Shown here one piece after another: positions 8,245 to 16,263 of a DNA stretch of 64,000 bases. Made by a program: the position numbers and the translations under genes. Below the pieces are notes generated by a model, which was not told the origin of the DNA, searched no databases, and saw nothing but the letters and a program-made list of their open reading frames with translations. Numbering within the stretch: position 1 is the stretch's first letter; every line of letters begins with the position of its first letter. The stretch is from Planctomycetota bacterium. Its GTDB lineage: Bacteria; Planctomycetota; UBA1135; UBA2386. Where the stretch lies: positions 5,408,001-5,472,000 of the forward strand of contig OZ245006.1 of assembly GCA_965223545.1 (NCBI GenBank), written 5' to 3'.

Positions 8245-10473
8245 TCAGTCGTCGCCGCGGGTACTGAAGCGCAAGTCCCCGTCCTCGGGCGCGCCGGGGA
8301 CCCAATCGCTCCACTTGGTGTGGACGACGGCGTTCACGCCGTCGACGTGGGTCGTGCGGTAGAACGGCGCGCGGACGCCGCGCATGTCGCGGTAGTCGGA
8401 GAAGTGCTCGAGGATCGGCACCTCGGTCTTCACGTCGGGCCGGTACACGGAAGTCTCGATCGTGCGGATCAACGCGGACTCGAGATCGATGGTCATACGC
8501 AGCGTCGGTCCACCATTTGGCACGCGCTCGAGCACAGCGGCCTGCCGGTCCTGGATGCGGCGGATCGACACCAGCCGGTAGCGGTCTTCGCCGCGCGCGT
8601 ACTGCGCCAACAGCCAGAGTGGGTGGCGCTCGACTTCGCGCAGGTAGTGCAGGGCCTCGTCTGCCGACAGCGTGACGCGCTGCGCGCCGACGCGTTCGAC
8701 CCGCCGGCCATCCGGCCCCAGGACCGTTTCGATCACGGTGTTGAGCACCCGCCGGCTGATGCGCAACCGGTCCGGCTGGCGAAACCAGATCCGGTCGGCG
8801 GCGCTGGCGCCGGCGTCGCTGACACGCTGGGCCGTGGCGGACCAGCCTTCGAGCACGCGGATGGCGGAGCCGCCGCTCTCGCGCACGGTGGCTTCGAGAA
8901 TCGGCGTCGCTGCTTCGATCTGCGCCGCGATGTCCTCCGGCACGATCGGGGTGGTGGCATCGACGAACGCGCTGGGGAGTGGCGTGACGCCGAGCGGCTC
9001 GACAGCCTCTACCGCCGGCGGTTGCGGTCCGATGCAAAGCAGGGATGCAGTGCTGGGTTGTTTGACGGCGGCGTCGATGTCGAGCGCGGACGGATCCTGA
9101 AGTGCGGCGAGGACGCGCGCGAGGTCGGGCGGTGGTGCACCGACCAGGGCCGGCGCGACGACCCGGTCGGCCCACGAGCGCGGCGAGGCTTCGTCGTGCT
9201 GCAACCGCAGGATCGCGCGCCGCGCTGCCGTCTGCAGCTCGATCCCGCGCGGCGGTTGGCTGACGAGCGAGGCCCAGCTGTCGCGGTACGCCCGCCACAG
9301 GACGTCCGCCGGCACCGCCGCGTCGGTGTGCAGGAGGAGGAAGTCGTCGACACCATCGCTCAAGATCTCGCTGTGCAGGCCGAGGCGCTCGACCCCGGCC
9401 CGGGCCAAGCTGGCCGCCAGCCGGCCGCCGACGCCGTCGAGAGTGATGCAGGCGTGCAGCGCGAAGCGGGCGGCGGCGAGTGGCTCGATGACCTGGGGCA
9501 AGCGAAGCAAGACCCCGGCCCGCGCGGCGTCGCTCTCGGTCCAGTACGCCGCCGCGGGTGGCCGCGGAGCCAGCGGCGCAACCGCTCCGCTGGCCGCCGC
9601 CCACGGTTCGAGCAGCGTGCCGGCCTGCCCGAGTGCGTCGCCGGCTTCGCCCTCTGGCAGCCAGAGTGCCAGGACTGCTCCACCGGCGTTGAACGTCCGC
9701 CGCTGGTAGTCGAAGACCTGGGCGGCCGCGACGTCCTCGATCTCGTGGATCAGCCCGCGGCCGTCGGCGTTCGTCGAGCGCAGCACGACGTCGGCCAGCG
9801 CCGCTGCATCGTGTCGCCGGTTTGCCCGGCGAAGGTCCGCGGCGATGCGCGCGCGGACGCGATCGAGCGCGATGGTCGCCGTGGGCGGCGACTGCAGGCT
9901 GCGGCGCAGCTCCGTCAACCCGGCTCGCCACTGCGACGACGGCAGCATCAGGTCGAACATCGTGGCGCGCGCCTGCGCGTGGACGAGGATCTCTCCGCCC
10001 AACGCGCGGATCCGCGCCGCCAAGCTCGGCAGGCCGGCGTCGACCCCCGGCAGCTCGGCGAGGGCGTGGGCGGCCAGCAGGGCCGTGCCCGGCGTGTCGC
10101 GGGCTTCGGTGCGCATCGCCAGCCGGACGAACGCGGTCGCAGGGACGGCGTGGCCGGTGGCCGCGATGCGCGCGATGCCGATCATGCCTCCGGGCAGCAA
10201 CCGGACCGCGAGCGGTGGTGTGGCGCTGGCGGCCTCCGGTTCTTGTTCGGTGCCGAACTGGATCTCGGCGTGCTCGGCTGGCGGCGCGGCCGGGCCCTCG
10301 GGTTCGTCGGGAGACGGACTCGGCGGGGGCTCCGAGTCGACGGACTCGATCTCCTGGCTCAGCGGTGCGGACCAGCAGCCGAGCGCGGCGACCGTCACCA
10401 GCGAAGCCGCCGCCGAGACCGACCAGCCCGCGGGCGGACGGCGGCGACCGGATTGCGCCGGATGCGCCGTCAT
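8245..10473 (-). CDS. M16 (insulinase)-like protein, probably inactive, with C-terminal LolA-like beta domain
   Basis: ATG 10473 overlaps upstream stop (ATGA); M16-like segments (IRALGGEI, IEDVAAAQVFDYQRRTF); no HxxEH; C-terminus EHFSDYRDMRGVRAPF resembles lipoprotein-sorting-like folds. Confidence 0.6.
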   Translation of the reverse strand: MTAHPAQSGRRRPPAGWSVSAAASLVTVAALGCWSAPLSQEIESVDSEPPPSPSPDEPEGPAAPPAEHAEIQFGTEQEPEAASATPPLAVRLLPGGMIGIARIAATGHAVPATAFVRLAMRTEARDTPGTALLAAHALAELPGVDAGLPSLAARIRALGGEILVHAQARATMFDLMLPSSQWRAGLTELRRSLQSPPTATIALDRVRARIAADLRRANRRHDAAALADVVLRSTNADGRGLIHEIEDVAAAQVFDYQRRTFNAGGAVLALWLPEGEAGDALGQAGTLLEPWAAASGAVAPLAPRPPAAAYWTESDAARAGVLLRLPQVIEPLAAARFALHACITLDGVGGRLAASLARAGVERLGLHSEILSDGVDDFLLLHTDAAVPADVLWRAYRDSWASLVSQPPRGIELQTAARRAILRLQHDEASPRSWADRVVAPALVGAPPPDLARVLAALQDPSALDIDAAVKQPSTASLLCIGPQPPAVEAVEPLGVTPLPSAFVDATTPIVPEDIAAQIEAATPILEATVRESGGSAIRVLEGWSATAQRVSDAGASAADRIWFRQPDRLRISRRVLNTVIETVLGPDGRRVERVGAQRVTLSADEALHYLREVERHPLWLLAQYARGEDRYRLVSIRRIQDRQAAVLERVPNGGPTLRMTIDLESALIRTIETSVYRPDVKTEVPILEHFSDYRDMRGVRAPFYRTTHVDGVNAVVHTKWSDWVPGAPEDGDLRFSTRGDD

Positions 10474-11912
10474 CTCGAAGCCCTCGGCCGCGTGACGATC
10501 ACGCGCCGCCGGTTCTGCAGAACTCGGGTGGCGAGGCGGCCGACTTGTTCGGCCTTGACCGGGGCCGGCGCGCGCAACACGTCGGCGACCGGCCGGCCGA
10601 GCAGTCCGCACTCGAGCGCCACTCGGCGCGCCAGGTCCGGCGCGCCGACTTCGCCGGCGACCCGGCGTGACCGGGCGTGTGCCACCGCGGCCGTCACCTC
10701 GTCCTCACCGCAGGGACGTTCGATCACCAACGCCAGTGCCGCGTCGACGTCGCGCAGCAGCTGGCCCTCGGAGGCGGTCGGGTCTTCGACCTCGATGAGC
10801 AGCAGGTGGCCGCGCCGGTCGGGGAAGGGGCCGCGCACGCGCACCGCCGCCCCGGGGCGACCAACCTCGCGCAGCGCAGCCGGCAGCCCGCCCGCGTCGG
10901 CGCCGAGCCATTCGACCAGGGTCTCGACGACCTCGTCCCGCACCGATGCGGGGACGAAGTAGCCCAGGCCGACGATCTCGGTCGGGCCGGCCGGGAGCGA
11001 GGCCCGGCGCTCGCCGCTCGCCGGCGGCGGTGGGGCGGCCGTGGAGACGTCGATGGCGAGCATTTTCGTGCTGTCGAACGTCGCTTGCAGCGCGGCCGCA
11101 GCGCGGTCTGGATCGAACCCTCCGACCAGCACGTGCAGCGTCCGCGTCGGGTGCTGGGTGCGCACCCACTGCCGCAGCGCTTGGGTGAACTGCAGAGGGT
11201 CGGCCTGTTGTGGGATCGCGCGCGCGCGCGCGAGCCGGTGCGTCGTGTACGCGAGGCCCAGGATCTCGCGCCGGACGTCGCCGCCGGCCACTCGCCCGCG
11301 CGCGGCGTCGAGCTCGGCGCGGACCTGGCGAAACGCGGGATGCAGCCCGCGGATCAGCTGCGCCTCGCGGCGCTCGACCAACAAGGCGCCGACCGCGGCG
11401 ATGCCGTCGCTCGCGGTGGTGATCGCGAGCAGCGAACCGGCGTCGGTCTCGTACAGTGCGGGTCCGAGTGCCGGCACCGCGCGCAGGCGGGCGCGCCAGT
11501 GCGTGGGGTCGAACAGGGCGGCTGCCTTGGCGCGGGCGTCCGCCAGCTGTGTCGCGGCCGACTCGGGCAGGGAGAGGTTGCGCGCCGCGGCGAGGTCGAA
11601 ACCCCGCTCGGCGAACTCCAACAGCGACAGCGCCTTGCGCTCGGCGTCGGCATCGAGCGAGCTGGCGATCGAGGTTCCGGCGAGCGAGGCGCGCACCAGG
11701 GCGGCGCTGAGCCCCTCGAGGCCGGCGGGGTCTTCGGCGGTGCCGCCGGGGCTGGCGACCACCCAGTGCACGATCGGCGGCCCGTCGCGTGGCAGCAGTA
11801 GGAAACGGCTGCCGTCCGGCGCGCGGACCTCGCGCGGTGTCGCCGTCGGCTGTTGGGCGGTCAGCGCCCAGGTGGTGAGGACGCACGCGAACGCGGTCGT
11901 CAGCACGCGCAT
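10470..11912 (-). CDS. M16 (insulinase)-like protein, probably inactive
   Basis: Signal peptide; GGTAEDPAGLEGLS matches the M16 N-terminus but HxxEH is replaced by SAALVRA; HPTRTLHVLVGGFDP; VKAEQVGRLATRVL tail. Confidence 0.7.
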   Translation of the reverse strand: MRVLTTAFACVLTTWALTAQQPTATPREVRAPDGSRFLLLPRDGPPIVHWVVASPGGTAEDPAGLEGLSAALVRASLAGTSIASSLDADAERKALSLLEFAERGFDLAAARNLSLPESAATQLADARAKAAALFDPTHWRARLRAVPALGPALYETDAGSLLAITTASDGIAAVGALLVERREAQLIRGLHPAFRQVRAELDAARGRVAGGDVRREILGLAYTTHRLARARAIPQQADPLQFTQALRQWVRTQHPTRTLHVLVGGFDPDRAAAALQATFDSTKMLAIDVSTAAPPPPASGERRASLPAGPTEIVGLGYFVPASVRDEVVETLVEWLGADAGGLPAALREVGRPGAAVRVRGPFPDRRGHLLLIEVEDPTASEGQLLRDVDAALALVIERPCGEDEVTAAVAHARSRRVAGEVGAPDLARRVALECGLLGRPVADVLRAPAPVKAEQVGRLATRVLQNRRRVIVTRPRASR

Positions 11913-12733
11913 CAGTCGCCCGATTCCTGCAGCTCGGGTTCGCCGGGGTCACTCCGGCCCCGCGCCATCAGCACGCCCCGGCGCGAGCCGTCCAAGAAGG
12001 CGAGGATCTCGTCGACGCGGGGATGGCCACCGAGTTCACGGCGCACGCGCGCCACGCGCGCGGCGAATGCCTCCGGCCGCCAGAACAGCAGGCGGTAGGT
12101 CCGCTTGATGGTCGCCACCTCGTCCTGGTCGAGCCCGGCGCGGCGCATACCGACCAGGTTGACGCCGCGGATCCGCGCGCGATCGCCCTGCACCAGGGCG
12201 TAGGGGGGCGCGTCGCGGGGCACCATGGCGCCGGCGCCGAGCATCGCCAGGCGACCGACGCGCGCGAATTGGTGCAGGCCGACCATGGCGCCGATCACCG
12301 CGTGGTCGGCGATGCTGGTGTGGCCCGCGGCCATCGCGCTGTTGGTCATCGTGACGTGATTGCCCAGGCTCGCGTCGTGCGCCACGTGGGCGCCGGCGAG
12401 GAGGAGGTTGGACTCACCCAGCTCGGTGATGCCACGGCCGGCGCGGGAGCCGACGTTGACGGTGACCGACTCGCGAAACCGGTTGTGCGCGCCGATGCGC
12501 AGCCGGCCCTCGAAGTCGCTGTCGCGGTGCTGGGCCGAAGTGCCGATCACACTGTGTGGCCAAAACTGGCAGTCGTCGCCGACGTGCGTGTCGCCGTCGA
12601 TCACGACGTGCGAGTGCAGCACACAGCCAGCGGCGAGGCGGACCCTGGGACCGACGAAGCAGTGCGGTCCGACGACGACGTCGTCGGCGAGCTCCGCCCC
12701 TGCGGCGATGACTGCTGTCGGGTGGACGTCCAT
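11912..12733 (-). CDS. lpxA: Acyl-ACP--UDP-N-acetylglucosamine O-acyltransferase
   Basis: MDVHPTAVI start, hexapeptide repeats, FRESVTV, AHVAHD catalytic His, AGH, LHQF, GVNLVGMRR. Confidence 0.9.
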   Translation of the reverse strand: MDVHPTAVIAAGAELADDVVVGPHCFVGPRVRLAAGCVLHSHVVIDGDTHVGDDCQFWPHSVIGTSAQHRDSDFEGRLRIGAHNRFRESVTVNVGSRAGRGITELGESNLLLAGAHVAHDASLGNHVTMTNSAMAAGHTSIADHAVIGAMVGLHQFARVGRLAMLGAGAMVPRDAPPYALVQGDRARIRGVNLVGMRRAGLDQDEVATIKRTYRLLFWRPEAFAARVARVRRELGGHPRVDEILAFLDGSRRGVLMARGRSDPGEPELQESGD

Positions 12734-12869
12734 GGCTGCGCCGGTGCCCCGGCATTGTGCTCCCGGGTCCGCCCGCCGGCAAGGCTTCGTCCAGCGCAGA
12801 CAAGCACTTCCGGCGATTGCGTCGAGACGATCGGAAGCCGCGCGAAGCGGCGCTAAGGTGTCCGTCAAC

Positions 12870-13550
12870 ATGGCGTTGATCCAGTACGTCATCGTCGGCC
12901 ACGCGGCGGCCGGGGGCGGGATCGTGACCCGCATGCTCCGCGGCCACCCCGGCGTGGTCGCGTGTGGTCCGCTGTTCGGGTCGGGCGCCGGCGCGGAGCT
13001 CGATGTGCCGCTGCCCGCCCTGGCCGAGGACTCCGTGCTGGCGGACCGGCGTTGGTCGGATCCGGTCGATTTCCTCCGCGAGCTCGAGCAGCGCCTGCCC
13101 GAGGCGGTCGTCGGCTTCGAGCTGCCGGACATCCACGCGGTGAGGGGCGCCGACGTCGTCGAGTTCTTGGCGGTCGAGCGCCGGCCGCGCGTCATCGAAG
13201 TCACGCGGCAGAACCTGCTGTGCCGCTTCGCGGCGAGCCAGGGCGCGCGCGCCGCCGCGCCGATCGAGCTCGAGTTCGCCGCGTGCGTGCACGACTTCCT
13301 CTGGACGCGGAGCTGCCGGCAGCGCATCGCCGACGCCCTCGCCGCGCTGCCGACGCTGTCGTTGACCTTCGAGGCCTTGCTCTCCGACTCGGAGACCTGC
13401 GCTCTCGCGGTGCAGGAGCACCTCGACCTCGCGCCCCATTCCCTACCGCTTCCCACCGAGGCGACCGACGACCCGGCCTCCGCGATGGTGACCAACAGCG
13501 CCGCCCTGCGGCGGCGGTTCGAGGACTGGCTCACGCAACTCGAGCGCTAG
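12870..13550 (+). CDS. Divergent Stf0-like sulfotransferase-fold protein
   Basis: Collinear similarity to the neighbouring sulfotransferase (HPGVVACGPLF, VVGF, VIEVTRQNLL, LTFEAL, FEDWL) but PAPS-binding loop degenerate. Confidence 0.55.
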   Translation: MALIQYVIVGHAAAGGGIVTRMLRGHPGVVACGPLFGSGAGAELDVPLPALAEDSVLADRRWSDPVDFLRELEQRLPEAVVGFELPDIHAVRGADVVEFLAVERRPRVIEVTRQNLLCRFAASQGARAAAPIELEFAACVHDFLWTRSCRQRIADALAALPTLSLTFEALLSDSETCALAVQEHLDLAPHSLPLPTEATDDPASAMVTNSAALRRRFEDWLTQLER

Positions 13551-13596
13551 CGCACGTACGGAGCCAGGCTCCCGTTCATCACCTCGCCTCCCGCGC

Positions 13597-14343
13597 CTAT
13601 CCGCAGTCGTCGATCCACCGCCGCAGATCGGCGCACAGCGCATCGAAGTTGGCCACCGAATCCCGCATCGCCGTGGTCCCGGTCTTCTTGTAGCGCACTT
13701 GGCCGGCCACCGGTGGCAGGTCGAGAAACCGGCAGACGTCGAGCGAGGCCGCGGCGGGGTCGCTGGCGATGTCCTCGTACCAGAGCGTGATCTTGCGATG
13801 GCCGGAGAAGGCCGCGTCGTACTTCTCCACCCAGGCCTCGAGCTGGACCAAGTCCGCGGCCAACTGGTCGATGGTGATCTCCACGCGCGGGGCCGGGCCC
13901 GTCCGGGGCGCGTCCTTGGCGCGCTGCCACTCCCCGGTGTCGACCGCTCGCCGGTAGCTGACCACCTGGTGCACCGGTTGGCGCCGGCGCAAGTGGATCA
14001 CCCGGGCGTCTCGGTTCGCGAGCAGGTGCTCGCGCGCCGCCGGCCACTGGTCGAGATGCCGGTAGAACACCTTGTAGCCGACGACCGCGGTCGCGCCCTG
14101 CTCGGCCGCGCGCTCCGCCAACCGTTGCAAGAACGCGCCGGGATCACGCTGCCGCAGGGCCAACAGCTCGCCGTCGTGCTGCAGCCCGGGAAACGGGATC
14201 TCGTTGTCCGCGACGCACGTCTGGTTGAACAGCTCCCCACCGACCTGCGCGCCGGGCTGCGAGTCGATGAGGCCGACGAGCAGGTTGGAACCGGTGCGCT
14301 CCGAGCTGAGGATGACGGTGATCGTCGGCTGCGGCGCGCTCAT
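13597..14343 (-). CDS. Stf0-family sulfotransferase
   Basis: 5'-PSB loop SERTGSNLL, GELFN, VGYK, IHLRR...VVS 3'-PB, WYED, VANFD. Confidence 0.85.
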   Translation of the reverse strand: MSAPQPTITVILSSERTGSNLLVGLIDSQPGAQVGGELFNQTCVADNEIPFPGLQHDGELLALRQRDPGAFLQRLAERAAEQGATAVVGYKVFYRHLDQWPAAREHLLANRDARVIHLRRRQPVHQVVSYRRAVDTGEWQRAKDAPRTGPAPRVEITIDQLAADLVQLEAWVEKYDAAFSGHRKITLWYEDIASDPAAASLDVCRFLDLPPVAGQVRYKKTGTTAMRDSVANFDALCADLRRWIDDCG

Positions 14344-14498
14344 GCCGCCGCCAGCATACCGCCCGCGGCATTCGCCGGCACCGACCGACAACGAGGCAGG
14401 ACAAGGCGCCAACCGCTCGCTACACTTCGCAGCCGCTCGTCGGAGCCGACCGCCGTCTTGCGGAAGGCGCCGGGTCCCCGTCGCAGAAGAATCGGTTC

Positions 14499-16223
14499 GT
14501 GCAGGTCTATCGAGGTGAGGGCGTTGCCGGCGGTGTCGCGCTGGGGCGCGTGTTTCTGCAGGGCTACCCGGCTGGCGATGGCCACCATGCGCGCATCCCG
14601 TCCGACGAGGTCGAGAACGAGCTCAACCGGCTGCGCGACGCGGTCGCGCGCAGCCGCCAGCGCCTCGAGGAGATGCGCGCCAAGCAACAGGAGACCATGC
14701 AGCCCGACGAGCTGCGGATCTTCGACGTCCACCTGAGCTACCTCGCCGATCCGCTGTTCATCGACGAGATCGAGAAGCAGATCCTCAACGAGCGATTCAC
14801 CGTGCGCGGCGCCATCGGCCAGCTGGTGGCGCGCTACGACCGGCTGGTGTCCCTGGTCGAGAGCGAGCAGCTGCAGCAGCGCGCCGGCGATTTTCGCGAC
14901 GTCGGCATCCGCCTGCTGCGCAACCTGGTCGACAAGGGCGAAGCCGTCGAGTTCGGCGAGCGACCCGAGGGCCGCTGTATCCTCGCCGCCGCCCGTCTCA
15001 CGACGGCCGACCTGTTCGACCTCGAGACCGGCGGCATCGACGGCATCGTCGCCGAGGAAGGCGGCATCAGCTCACACGCCGCGATCTTGGCCCGGTCGAT
15101 GGGGATCCCGACGGTCACCGGCATTCGCGACCTGGTCTCCAAACTGGAGAACGGGGCGTTCGTCGTCGTCGATGCCGGTGCCGGCGAAGTCGTCGTCAAG
15201 CCGAGCGAGGATCAGGTGGCGCGCTACCAAGAGGCCGCCGCGCGGTTCCAGGCCGAGCGGGTCGAACGCCCGAGCGGCGACCGCGAGCACGCTCTGCGCG
15301 ATGGCGCCGAGCTGCGCATCTACGGCTCTTGTGGCAGCCCCGGCGAAGTGCGCCTCGCGCAGACCTACGGCATGGACGGCATCGGTGTCTACCGCACCGA
15401 GCTGCTGTTCTTGAGCGAGCGGCGGCTGCCCTCCGAAGACGAGCTGATCGAGCACTACCGCGAGGTCGTGCACCAGCCCGGGGGCGCACCGGCACACGTG
15501 CGTCTGCTGGACATCAGCTCGACGCTGGGGCTGGGCGGTGAAGAGCCGGCGCACGAGCGCAACCCGGCGATGGGCGCGCGCGGCGTGCGTTATCTGCGCG
15601 CGCATCCCGACCTGCTGCGCCTCCAGCTGAGGGCGATCCTGCGGGCCGCCGTCGGCACCCGCGCCACCGCTCTGTTGGTGCCGTTCGTCACCGGCGTCTC
15701 CGACCTCGCGCAGGTCAAGGCGGCGATCCTCGACGAGCGGCAGAGCTTGCGCAAGCGCGATGTGCCGTGCGCCGAGACCTTGCGCGTAGCACCGATCGTC
15801 GAAGTGCCAGCGGCGGCGTTCATGCTGACCACGTTCTTGACGCACAGCGACTTCGTCGTGGTGGCGCTGGACGACCTTCAGGCGCACCTGTTGGCAGCCG
15901 ACCGCGACAACCTCAAGGTGCGCGAGTACCACGAGATGGTGCACCCGGCGCTGTTCGAGCTGCTGTCACGCATGGCCAAGGACGTCACCAAGAAGAAGCA
16001 GCGGTTGGTGTTGTTCGGCGAGCGCGCGGGCGACCCTCGGCTGTTGCCGCTGTTCTTGGGGCTCGGCATCCGCGATCTCTCGGTCGCGCCGGTGCGCATG
16101 GAGGGCGTGTTGAAGGTGCTCGCGCGCTACACCAGCGACGAGTGCCGCCTGCTCGCCGAACGCGTGCTGCAAGCGCCGCGGGCGCTGGACATCGAGCGGA
16201 TCTTGGTGCAGCTCGAGGGCTGA
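14499..16223 (+). CDS. ptsI: PEP-protein phosphotransferase (PTS enzyme I)-like protein with degenerate PEP site
   Basis: GISSHAAILARSMGIP phospho-His motif, GIGVYRTE, ERNPAMGARGVR, EVPAAA; catalytic GTNDL and CGE motifs altered. Confidence 0.8.
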   Translation: MQVYRGEGVAGGVALGRVFLQGYPAGDGHHARIPSDEVENELNRLRDAVARSRQRLEEMRAKQQETMQPDELRIFDVHLSYLADPLFIDEIEKQILNERFTVRGAIGQLVARYDRLVSLVESEQLQQRAGDFRDVGIRLLRNLVDKGEAVEFGERPEGRCILAAARLTTADLFDLETGGIDGIVAEEGGISSHAAILARSMGIPTVTGIRDLVSKLENGAFVVVDAGAGEVVVKPSEDQVARYQEAAARFQAERVERPSGDREHALRDGAELRIYGSCGSPGEVRLAQTYGMDGIGVYRTELLFLSERRLPSEDELIEHYREVVHQPGGAPAHVRLLDISSTLGLGGEEPAHERNPAMGARGVRYLRAHPDLLRLQLRAILRAAVGTRATALLVPFVTGVSDLAQVKAAILDERQSLRKRDVPCAETLRVAPIVEVPAAAFMLTTFLTHSDFVVVALDDLQAHLLAADRDNLKVREYHEMVHPALFELLSRMAKDVTKKKQRLVLFGERAGDPRLLPLFLGLGIRDLSVAPVRMEGVLKVLARYTSDECRLLAERVLQAPRALDIERILVQLEG

Positions 16224-16263
16224 ACCCCGCCGCGCGGACCCCCGTCCCGCCGCCGCCGACCGG

